Source: Chiloscyllium plagiosum (Eukaryota). From it: DNA of 64,000 bases. The DNA lies in contig NC_057749.1 of assembly GCF_004010195.1 (NCBI RefSeq), positions 9,311,492-9,375,491 on the forward strand, given 5' to 3'. The notes beneath the pieces were generated by a model. The model was not told the origin of the DNA. It ran no database searches and was given only the letters and a program-made list of their open reading frames with translations. Positions 50,245 through 61,300 of this stretch are shown in pieces. Made by a program: the position numbers and the translations under genes. The number at the start of each line of letters is the position of its first letter. Positions within the stretch are counted from its first letter, which is position 1.

Positions 50245-50337
50245 CTGCTCCCCTCTTCAAGGTAGTGTCCGCGCTGAACTTGGCAAATTGCAAGTTGGAG
50301 CTAACGGCTAGCACTGCAAGAAGCACAGGCACCGTGT
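50245..50337 (-). other. cyp1a: Predicted non-coding exon 1 of cyp1a
   Basis: Starts ~31 bp below TATAAAA at a CTTACAC initiator-like site; ends at GAGCAG|gtatgc; vertebrate CYP1A genes have a short non-coding first exon; TSS inferred. Confidence 0.75.
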
Positions 50338-50361
50338 AAGGTACAGTTAATGCGTGCCTTT

Positions 50362-50560
50362 TTTTATAAGCATCTTCTTTGCGCCTGATTGGCTGCGGGT
50401 CACATGCACGAGTGTGACCGGGCTCCTTCTGTGCCAGCCCTAAACAAATTTCGCAACTTGTCCCGAGAGAGGAAATTAATAGGATGCGGCGCGATATTGG
50501 AAGAACTCAGACCAATACCCGAGCTTGGCCGGGGCGGGGACGGAGGGGTGGGGTGGGGAA
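50362..50560 (-). promoter_or_regulatory. cyp1a core promoter: TATA box, CCAAT box, GC/Sp1-type boxes
   Basis: TATAAAA on minus at 50362-50368; CCAAT at 50388-50392; GGGGCGGG and GGGGTGGGG at ~50531-50558; CpG-rich context. Confidence 0.85.
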
Positions 50561-52075
50561 TCTCTTTGAGTGTCCCGCCACTGCCAGATCTTCTCTGTAA
50601 CTAGGTTCCAAGGCAGATTGCTTTCCAAAGGCAAGAAGGAAACCTTTAACCCTTGCCTCTCGCTTTACTCAGGTGAGCTTCGTGTTTCCGATCTTAAGGT
50701 GAACAGGCTGGCAAAGGCCACCAAATCGCCTTTAAATAGCGCCGACTACGAGCACAGGATGCCCCGAAGCATCTCTTGGGCAAGGAAAGAGCCCTCACTG
50801 TTGCAAGCTCCCATAAAACAGCCAATGCCGCAAGGAGGTTTTGTGATTGTGGAATCCCAGCAGCGCAGATAGAAGCCAATCGGCCCTAAAGTTAGGAACT
50901 AACTTGCTCGCAGGCTCAGGGAGAACGCGCAAACTCCCCACAGATGGTAGAATCAAACCCGGGTCCCTGGCAGCAGTGCGGACATCTGAGCTACCCGGCC
51001 GCTCGCTGATGGGATGGTGATGGGGGGAATGAATATTCGGTCAGGAGAAAGGACCCCTCCCTGGCTTCGAAGCAGGATCTTAGACATCCACCTGAGGCTC
51101 TAGCACGGAAAAGCCAGTCTCCGGCGCATTGCTGAGGGAGTGCTCCACCATTGGAAGTGTATTTGTCCCCCGAAAGTGGACTCCCACCCCGGAGCATTCC
51201 CTCAGCAATGCGCGGGGGCCTCAGAATCTGCGCCATGAGCTGACATTTGTGGTTTGATTATTCCTCAGACACTTCACCCGTCCTCTTTCCCTTTTAGGAC
51301 CCGAACTGAATTATAAAATTACCAAATAGATACAGCACAGAATGAAGGCATTCGGCCCGCCTTGTCTGTGCCCATTCAGAGCCGCTCCCCCATATATATC
51401 CCGAGAGCTGTGCAATGTATTTTCTCTTCGGAGAATGCCCCAGTTCTCTTTTGAAAGCTGTGATTCGAACCACCTGCTCTGTAAAAAGGACCCCCCCCCC
51501 ACACTCCCACACAGCGTCACTGTTCCCCTTTTTTCTAAATCATCTTACATTTTTTGTCCCCGGTTCTCCATCGTTCCAAAAACGGGCAGTTTCTTTCAAT
51601 CCACTCTATCCAGAACCGTCTTCTCCAATCCATCCACATCATTGAAGTTCTCCATCACTGTCACCATTCTCGCAAATCTTTTTGTGAGAATCCATACAGT
51701 GTGGAAACAGACCCTTCGGCCCAACAAGTCCACATCGACCCTCCAAAGAGTAACCCACCCAGACCCATTTCCCACACCCTGTTATCCTATATTTACCCTT
51801 GCCTAATGCACCTAACCTACACATCCCCTGAACACTATGGGGCAATGTAACATGGCCGATTGGATTGTGAGAGGAAACCGGAGCAAACCCACGCAGACAC
51901 AGGGAGAATGTGCAAACTCCACACAGACAGTCGCCCAAGCCCAGGTCCCTGGTGCTGTGAGCTAGTAGTGCCTTACCGCTGAGCCACCCTGCCTACTCCC
52001 CATGCATACTCTATAAGTCTGGTCATCTCTCCTGAGTTGCAAGGCGCAGAACTGGACACAATCCTCCAGCTGATT

Positions 52076-53275
52076 TTATAGAGTCACAGAGATGTACAGC
52101 ATGGAAACAGACCCTTCAGTCTAACCTGTCCATGTCAACCAGATAACCCAACCCAATCTAGTCCCACCTGCCAGCACCCGGCCCATATCCCTCCAAACAC
52201 TTCCTATTCATATACCCATCCAAATGCCTCTTAAATGTTGCAATTGTACCAGCCTCCACCACTTCATCTGGCAGCTCATTCCATACACATACCACCCTCT
52301 GCGTGAAAAGGTTGCCCCTTAGGTCTCTTTTATATCTTTCCCCTCTCACCCTAAACCTATGCCCGTTAGTTCTGGATTCCCTGACCCCTGTGAAAAGACT
52401 TTGCTTATTTACCTTATCCATGCCCCTCATAATTTTGTAAACCTCTATAAGGTAAACCTCAGCCTCCGACGCTCCAGGTAAAACAGCCCCAGCCTGTTCA
52501 GCCTCTCCCTATAGCTCAAATNNNNNNNNNNNNNNNNNNNNNNNNNNNNNNNNNNNNNNNNNNNNNNNNNNNNNNNNNNNNNNNNNNNNNNNNNNNNNNN
52601 NNNNNNNNNNNNNNNNNNNNNNNNNNNNNNNNNNNNNNNNNNNNNNNNNNNNNNNNNNNNNNCTTTCAAGGAGCTATGAACCTGCACTCCAAGGTCTCTT
52701 TGTTCAGCAACACTCCCTAGAACCTTGACATTAAGTGTGTTAGACCTGCTAAGATTTGCTTTCCCAAAATGCAGCACCTCGCATTTATCTAAATTAAACT
52801 CCATCTGCCACTTCTCAGCTCATTGGCCCATCTGGTCAAGATCCCACTGTAATCTGAGGTAACCTTCTTCGCTGTCCAGTACACCTGCAATTTTGGTGTC
52901 ATCTGCAATCTTATTAACTATACCTCCTATGCTTACATCCAAATCATTTTTACGAATGATGAAAAGTAATGGACCCAGCCATGATCCTTGTGGTACTCCA
53001 CTGTCACAGGCCTTCAGTCTGAAAAACAACTCTCCACCACCACCCTCTGTCTTCTATCTTCTACAGAGCCAGTTCTGCTTCCAAATGGCTAGTTCTCCCT
53101 GCATTCCATGAGATCTAACCTTGCTAACCCATCTCCCATGGGGAATCTTGTAGAACGCCTTACTGAAGTCCATATAGATCATGTCCATCGCTCTGCCCTC
53201 ATCAATCCTTTTTGTTACTTCTTCAAAAAAACTCAATCAAGTTTGTGAGGACATGATTTCCTACACACAAAGCTT
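52076..53275 (-). mobile_element. 5'-truncated CR1-clade LINE upstream of the cyp1a promoter (spans gap 52522-52662); another 3' fragment at ~53618-53860
   Basis: MDFSKAFYKIPH, GVPQGSWLGP, IADDTK, WNELPDEVV; 3' tail at ~52076. Confidence 0.93.
52522..52662. other. Assembly gap (141 N)
   Basis: Run of N. Confidence 1.
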
Positions 53276-54275
53276 ACATGGTAGGAATGTGGGTCTGGGT
53301 GGGATGCTCTTTGGATGGGCTGAATGGCCTGTTGGGCTTATAGGAGTCTGGAATACTTTTGAGTGAGGGCCAGGCTGCTAATCGTATTGGCTAAAAGACG
53401 AGCAAACTGAGAATGTTAAATCTTGATTGTTACTCTGACTCCAATCGAATTATACGGAAAGTCCGATAAATAAGTGTCATATTCGAGGTTAATGACCAGG
53501 CGGTATTCATGAAATGATATAGACAGAGTTTGGTTTGAGTCAACCAAACAGAAACTGACAATATTCTAATTAGAAGACAATGAAATATTAAACAGAAATT
53601 ACTGGAGAAACTCTGCAAGTCATAGAGCTGTCCAGCATGGAAAGAGACCCTTTAGTCCAACTCGTCCATGCCGATCAGATATCCTAAAGTAATCCCGTCC
53701 CATTTGCCAGCATTTGGCCCAAATCCATCCAAACCCTTCCTATTCATGTACCCATCCAGGTGCCTTGAAAATGCTGTAATTGTACCAGCCTCCACCACTT
53801 CTTTTGGCAGCTCGTTCCATACACGTTGCCCCTTAGGTCCCTTTTAAATTGTTCCTCTCTTCTGGCAGCATCTGTGGGGAGAGTTTTGAAGAAGGGAGGT
53901 CACTGGACGCGAAACGTTAACTGTACCTCGCTCCAATGATTTGGATGTAAGCTAGACCTGCCGAGTTTCTCCAGCACTTTCTGTTTCATGTATGTGTGTG
54001 TGTGTGTGTGTCAGATCTTCAGCACCCGCACGTCTTTGCTTTATGCAATAAATGTAATTTTCTTGGGATCTGGAACTGAGATTTAAACGCGATGAATGTA
54101 TACTTTGAATCAACCGTCTGCCGACACAAAGGCTAAGATACTTTATGCAATTGATAATATCCCATTCCGCCTTCGACAAATCTTTGAGTATGTGTGAATT
54201 GCCCGCTTGAAATATTTGGAGACATGACTGAAACATGACAGTGTACACCTGTTACCCTGCAGTTCTGCTAAGAAA

Positions 54276-56738
54276 TCGCGTGACTGCTCCTGTGTGTTAA
54301 CCAGATGCATTTTGTAACTGATGATTACAAAGTTCTCGTCCTGGAAAGGGTGAAAGGGTAACGTGCTTTGCTTGACCCTTTGTGCAGTGGTGTGTTCCGT
54401 GCGACCTGGAGTTGCGTGCCAATTGCAGATGGAGATATGGGATGTCATAGTTGCAGGAATGACAACCCCAGCTTCTCTGCTGTCCAGTCACGCAACAGTC
54501 TCAGACTAAGACAATCGAGTCGTACAAGGGAAAACAAAACTCAGCATTCGAGGGGGTTAGCACCGTGCCATAGAGGAAGGAACGATTACTTCCTTCTCAC
54601 TCTATACCTCCCTCAACTAGTTTCACCATCCATGTGACAATAACATATTAGAAATGCTGCACATGGTTTAGAATGAGTTCTATGGGGTGCAGTTAGCGAC
54701 ATAAAACATGATCACTATGGACGGAGCATTCACAGGATTATCTATTGGCTGATATTAGCACCACGAAAGCTTGAATTAGAATGCATGTCGCAAAATATCT
54801 TAATAAAACCCGAAAGTACTGCGGATGCTGTAAATCAGAGACAAAATCAGGAATTGCTGGAAAAGCTCGGTAGGTCTGGCAGATGCTGAGCTTTTCCAGC
54901 AATTCCTGTTTCAGTAAAGTGCCTTTATTTTTCTCTGTTCTCTGTGGGAGATGATCGACTGAGGTTGTCTGCTGTCTTGCTGCGGACTATTCAAAGATAG
55001 CGAGTGTTCTGACAATGAACAAGGTTCAGGATAACAGCAGGCGGATCCTCAATTAATTGGTGGGAAAATACGATTGATCAAAAGACTCCTCACTAAACCA
55101 TTCTTTGTTTTAACCTCTAGCACGGCCGAACAGTTTCTTTTAGAAGAGAGACTCACCCGAAAAGGCACAAATAGTTCACTTCTAGTTTTTTTTTTGCGAT
55201 TCCTCCCCTCCCACCCCACCCCCAAATCTTAATGAAGTGCTCAAAAGTTAAATGATAATGTGCAAGCCAACAGTTGTTTTCAGATTTTGCAAGATTGCGG
55301 GCCAGCAATGCAAACAGATTGATTCTGTCGGCCGCGCTGCCACGCACTGGTAACTCCTTGTGCAAAGATAGCGTGTCGTCCGCCTGTTCTCGCTCTTCGA
55401 GCTGTTATCTCTCACGGCCGCTCAATCATTTTGTGGGTCAGAGGCGGTTACCGTTAATATCCAGGTAGCGAGTGTGGAGTCACGCAAGGCAAAGGCTAAT
55501 TAATGCCTGGTCCACAATGGAGAGAGAGAATCAACTATCACATAAAAATCCCTTGTGTGTGTGAGAGACAGACCCGAAATCAAGAGGGGATGGAGGCGAT
55601 ACATTCAGGCGCATTTTAAAAACCTCATAGACTCTTCACACCTCTCCAGTGTCCCATCAGATTCATGATTAAACAACACTAAAGCATCCCTTCACATGCT
55701 GAACCTGCGCTCACTGCTTCGTGTAGAGGTTAATAAATGTATAAATAAGTGTGTTTTCTGACCCATTTTAACACCCAGGAGGGAGGAGGGAGAGCTAATC
55801 TCCGATCTCTTTAAAAGTGCGTGAGAAGTTTAAATAAACAAAGACTTTATTTTTCCTCGAACAATCCAAGAGTCATAAACCTTCTAAAAATGATTTACCC
55901 TGCGTGTAAACGGAGCCTCCAGTAATCACAGCAACAAACCCATTCATTACTCCGTGCGAAGTGCCAGATCACACGCTCTCGCTCGGAGCGTCGTTTGAAA
56001 TGAAAGATTTGTTCATCTGAAAACGCCACCGAGATGGGTTCCCCGAATTACGGGCTGTGAGGCGAGCAATGGAAACGCCACGGGGCGGGGGAGGGGAGTA
56101 AATGGCACATTTTAAGACACGCTAAGTGTAAATAAAGCGTGTCATGTCGCCGCTCGAATCTTCAATGCTGCAGGGAGGGCCAAACTTTGGCAGGTCGTGG
56201 CGGACTTGTGAAGCCCCCTCCACCCACCCCTCCGTGCGGTTTGTCTATTTACAAACTTTGATAGAACACTCGCAAAAATCTCTGTCCATACACATGTCCA
56301 GTGACCCCCGCCCCGCCCGCTGTAAAACCAACCATTTTAGATTGCAAGAATCACTATTCTGCTGGAAATTGGCGATATAATCAATGTTCATATTCAAAGC
56401 ACGGTCAAGTGGCCCCCTCCCCTTCCAAAGGCTGACCTTCTGCTTGTGAGAGAGCTTGCACTGTTAAATTCTTCTTCAAATGCTGCAAATCCCAACCTCA
56501 TTGTAAATATCAATAGTGTGCTTTGGGAGACTAGACAGGGATGGGTGGGGGAAATCAGATTAAACCGTTTACTGTTTTACGAGCATTTATATCATTTGTT
56601 AAATAATGTTCTCCGATCGCGTGTAAACTAGCAATCTGCTCGGCTGGCCGAGACGTGCTAATAAGTGGGGGGGGGGGGGGGGATAGAGAATGCGACCCAC
56701 GAAAGGTCCTGTCGGATTTAACCTATAGAGATTGCGTG
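54276..56738. promoter_or_regulatory. AhR/ARNT xenobiotic response element (XRE/DRE) cluster, candidate cyp1a enhancer
   Basis: Strict TNGCGTG on either strand at 54276, 54412, 54489, 55369, 55481, 56118, 56617, 56732; extra GCGTG cores near 55341, 55819, 55902, 55972, 56137; CpG-retaining, largely unique DNA. Confidence 0.85.
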
Positions 56739-57111
56739 AGAGGCGGCTGTAAATCTCCACTTGCCAAGTAGTGAGAGAGCAAAAGTCAGTCTGAGCAAGT
56801 TTGCACACTCGCCTGCAAGGAGCTCAGCGGAACCTGCTGCAAGAGACGCAGCTGATTTCCCTCCTTCGGCTTGCAATCTGACATGGAGCAAATTAAAATA
56901 GTCCAAACCTGGGAGCAGCAAAGAAAACAGGTGAACACCGGATTGAGGGAGATTATGGACTGCTGCCTCTACTCTGACTAACAAGCACATTATTCGACCA
57001 TTCGGGGTCGAACACATTTGCAACCCCTTTCCTGTTTGTGGATTCCCCCGCCCACACCTTAAATTTGTCCTCAGAATAAGAATGAACAGTAAGAAAATTG
57101 TGGAGAGCAAC

Positions 57112-57146
57112 CACCTGATGAAGGAGCCGCGCTCCGAAAGCTAGTG
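57112..57146 (+). ncRNA. Minimal type I hammerhead ribozyme motif (Penelope-associated)
   Basis: CAC-CUGAUGA-A-GGAGC(CGC)GCUCC-GAAA-GCUA-GUG: stem I CAC/GUG, stem II, intact core, palindromic AGCU in place of stem III. Confidence 0.7.
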
Positions 57147-58071
57147 CTTCCAATTAAATCTGTTGGACTATATATTTGGTATTGGGTGATTTTTAACTTT
57201 GTACATCCCAGTCCAACGCCAGCTCCTCCAAATCATTAAGAAAATAATATTGCATCTTCCCTTTGTATTGCACTTTCACTTTTGAAAACAAGCCATGACC
57301 ATCTTAGCACGTCTTTTCGTACCAAAATCGTTCGTTTTAGTTATTTTCTGGTGTAATGGGGCAGGGGATGGGCGGATGGAAAGAAGGTTAACGGGCTCTC
57401 CGATCATCACTGGTTGCACTGGGGATGGCCACCATCATATTGACTTTGACTGCTACGATTCAGTAAGTCGTCACTTGTGTATGTGTGGGCACTTGTGCCA
57501 GCTAGCAGCTGGCACTCATAGGACTATTTTCCAATGACAGATAGTCAAGAGTCAAAAGTGGTGAGGGAGTGGGTATAGAACTGTGATTAATTTTGGCACC
57601 ACTGATCCTGACTCACACTCACAGATAGAACACTATTAAAGGGAAATGCAGGGTTACAGGGATACTGTAGAGGGGTGAGTCTGGGTGTGATGCTCTTTGG
57701 AGGGTCAGTGTGGACTCAATGGACCAAGTGGCCTGCTTCCACACTATAGGGTTTCTATGATTCAGAATGAAGGAATAAGACAGGCAATAGAGAGGTGCTG
57801 GATCAGGAATTTGTTAGTTGTACAGACTCTCAACCTCTTGTGTATCTATCTACTCCCATTGCAAACATCATATATCCTCAATCCTTCCCTTCAACAGAAG
57901 TGGCTCATGGAGGAGCTTTGTCACTGCGATGGAGGATATATGATCAGCTGCTTCTGCCAGTTCCGTTCCTCTCCTTAGCCCAACAGACCAAATTCCCTCT
58001 AAATTTCCCCTGTCCTCACACTTGCACTCAACTTATATCCTTCTCTACATTCTTTTGTATTTTTGGAGAGA

Positions 58072-58315
58072 CATTGGCACAATTACTGTATCATTGGATT
58101 GTAATCCAAAGGGCAGGCCAATGTTCCAGGGACCCGGGTTCAAATCTCACCATAGCAGTTGGTGGAATTTAAATACAATTAATAAAGCTTGACTATAAAC
58201 ATAGGCTCTGTGATGGCGATCAGAAAACTACCATTGGTTCACTACTGTGCTGAGGAAAGGAAATCTGCTGTCTTTTCCAGGTCGAGTCTACATGTGACTC
58301 CAGATCTACCACACT
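58072..58315 (+). mobile_element. Second tRNA-derived SINE family
   Basis: B-box-like GACCCGGGTTCAAATCTCACC followed by GGTTCACTA...AGGAAATCTGC...CATGTGACTCCAGA body. Confidence 0.55.
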
Positions 58316-61300
58316 ATGGGGAGGTAGTGGCCTAACAATGTTCTTGTGGATGGTTCATCCAGACACCCAGACAATCCTCAAACTTTTGAACCACCAACAA
58401 TTTTGCTTTCCTTTCACTGTCCTTAAAATAGCAATATTTCCGAAGGAGCTTTGACAAAGGGTCAGTTAGACTCAAAACGTCAGCTCTTTCCTCTCCTTAC
58501 AGATGCTGCCAGACCTGCTGAGATTTACCAGCATTTTCTCTTTTGGTTTAATATTTCTGAAGGCTTTTGACAGATTTTTTTTTGTGGCATGGATCTTCAG
58601 GAGATGTCAGGACAGGTGCCTCGAAGCTTCATAAAAGTTGCAGGCATCGAGGATTATCTCAAAGGAGAAAAGAGAGGTGGTAAGCTTTAAGGAGAGAATT
58701 CCAGAGTGTAGGGCCTGGACACCTGGATGTGTGATAGGCAACTGTAGATGGAATAAAATAAGGGATGCATAAGAAGCCATAAGGGATGCATAAGAAAGAG
58801 CAGAGCAAACATCAGTGAACTGGATCATAGAATCTCTATAGTGTGGAAGCAGGCCATTCAGCCCATCGGATCCACACCAACCCTCTGAAGAGCATCCCAC
58901 CCAGACCTACCCCAGACCCTATCCCTGGAACCATAAATTTCCCATGGCTAATCCACCTGGCCTTCACATCCCTGGATATTATGAGCAATTTAGCAATCCG
59001 CCTAACCTGCAGACATTTGGACTGTAGGAGGAAACTGGAGCACCTGGAAGAACCCCACACAGACACAGGGAGAATGTGCAAACTCTACACAGACAGTTGG
59101 CCAAGTCTCTGGTTTTACAAAAGTCACTGATAGATGTCATAGTCAGGTTCAGAGTTTTTATATTGCAATATATTTTTAAAAAACAGAAACATTGATGGAA
59201 GTAGAATTCATATGGCTTTCAAAGGAGTGTGGAAAAATATTTGGATACTTTTCAAGAGGTATGGGAAAAGTGGAGTAGAATAATTGGACAGATTTTTCAG
59301 AGTGTCTGGGAGGAGTTAAATTACATTTTTCCTACTGGAAAAGTTTATCAGCTACATATTGAACATGGATATTGCTTAGAATGTGAAGAAATGGAACAAG
59401 ATATAATATGGAGGTGCTCCCGTTATAGGTACATACATTCAAATTATATGGTGTAAAATTGTATGTTAATTCCTTTTATTAAGTTACAAGAATTACAATT
59501 TGGAAGAATGACAACGGACTAATTATAATTGACTCACCAAAGTGTGGCATGCCATGTTTAGATTAAAAGCACAACTATATTTTTACCAAAACATGTGATA
59601 TTCGAAAAGTAGCTGATGTATTCTGAAATCAAATGCAAAAGAATTGAGAAAATGTTTCCCTTGCAGAGCACAGCCTGAGAAAATTAAGCAATAAAAAAGG
59701 GAAATTCTGAATTTTAAAAAAGGGAAATTCTGAATTCTGAAAAGAAAGGCATAAGAGAGCCCAAATAATGTAAGTGCATAAATACAATCAAAGCTCTAAA
59801 AGTTTGCATTTATATGGCAACTTCCATAACTATAGGATCTGCCAAAAGCATTTTTCAGCAAATAAAGTAGCTTTGAAGTACTGTTCTACAGAATGAAATG
59901 CAGCAATTGATTTGTACCTTTTAAACAAAAAGGAAATAATGACCAGAGAAGTTCTAAAGAAGAGTCACTGGACTGGAAACGCTAACTCTGGTTTCTCTCC
60001 ACTGATACAGCCAGATCTGTTGAATTTCTCCAGCAATTTCTGTTTTTGTTTGACCAGATAATTTGTCCTGATAATATTGGCTAGTCACTGGGGAAAAGCA
60101 TCCCTGTGCTTTTCACTACAGCAATTTATATGCACCTGAACAGGCAAATTGAGCATCTTATCCAGGCACCATTGGCTCTGCAGCAATCCTCAGCACAGAG
60201 TGAAGTGTGAGCCTGATTCTTGTGATCAAGTCTCTGGAGTGGGATTTTTTTCCAAGATTTTCTGACTTAGAAGCAAAAGTGATATCAGCTGCTTGTATAT
60301 TGGCATAAAATTACGAGACTGGCTACACATGGTCATTGCCAAAAACATATTTACATTTCTTGGCAAATATTTATACACTACTATCTAATTCTATCATTGG
60401 TTCTGGTACAGCATTTAACTTTCTAACAAAACCCACAACAGCACCTCATTGCTTTTATACGGTGTCTCTTAATGTACCTAACATCCCACCCTAAGGCATT
60501 TAACAAGAGCTTTATTTATTTTTTAAAAAACCTTTTTGAAAGGAGCAATTTGAAAGAAAGGATGAGAATTTTAAATATAAATAGAAAATGCTATGGGAAA
60601 CTCAGCAGGTTTGGCAGCATCTGTGGAGAGAGAAACAGAGTTAGCATTTTGAGTCTGATCTGACTCTTCTTCAGAATGTTAACTCTGTTCCTCTCCCCAT
60701 TGTTGCTTCAGACCTGCTGAGTATCTCCATTATTTTCTGTTTTTATTTCAGTTTTCCAGCATCTGCAGTATTTTGTTTTTATATGAGGATTTTTGAAATT
60801 GTGACATAGTAGATGTGTCGATGTAGGTCAGCACACAAAGCAGTATTGTCCAAATGTGACCTAATACAAGTTTAGATATGTTTAGCAGAATTTTGGATGA
60901 GTGCAAGCTGATGCAAGATGGAAATGAGGATGATGGTCAAGACAGCATCACGTCTCGAGGGACTAAAGGCACGAGTGAGAGTTTCGCCAGCAGAGAATAT
61001 GATGGGTGGCACGGTGGCTCAGTCATTAGCACTGCTGTCTCACAGCACAAGGGACTCAAGTTCGATTCCCCCCTCAGGCAACTGTCTGTGTGGAGTTTGC
61101 ATGTTCTCCCCATATCTGTGTGGGTTTCCACCAGATGCTCCAGTTTCCTCCCACAGTCCAAAAATGTGTGGGTTAAATGGATTGGCCATGCTAAGTTGCC
61201 CACAGTGTTCAGGCATGTGTCGTTTAGGCGTGTGAGCCATGGAAAATGCAGTGCTAAAGGGATAGGTTAGATGGATACATCTGGGTGGGATGCTCTTCGG

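Noticed and set aside
57439..57452. TGACTTTGACT HNF4/DR1-like site
   Set aside because: Single imperfect match, too weak to call without conservation data.
46605..59740. Short tandem duplications (46605-46643, 58758-58795, 59692-59740) and (TG)n at 53993-54011
   Set aside because: Ordinary slippage products; no spacer-repeat regularity, so not CRISPR-like.
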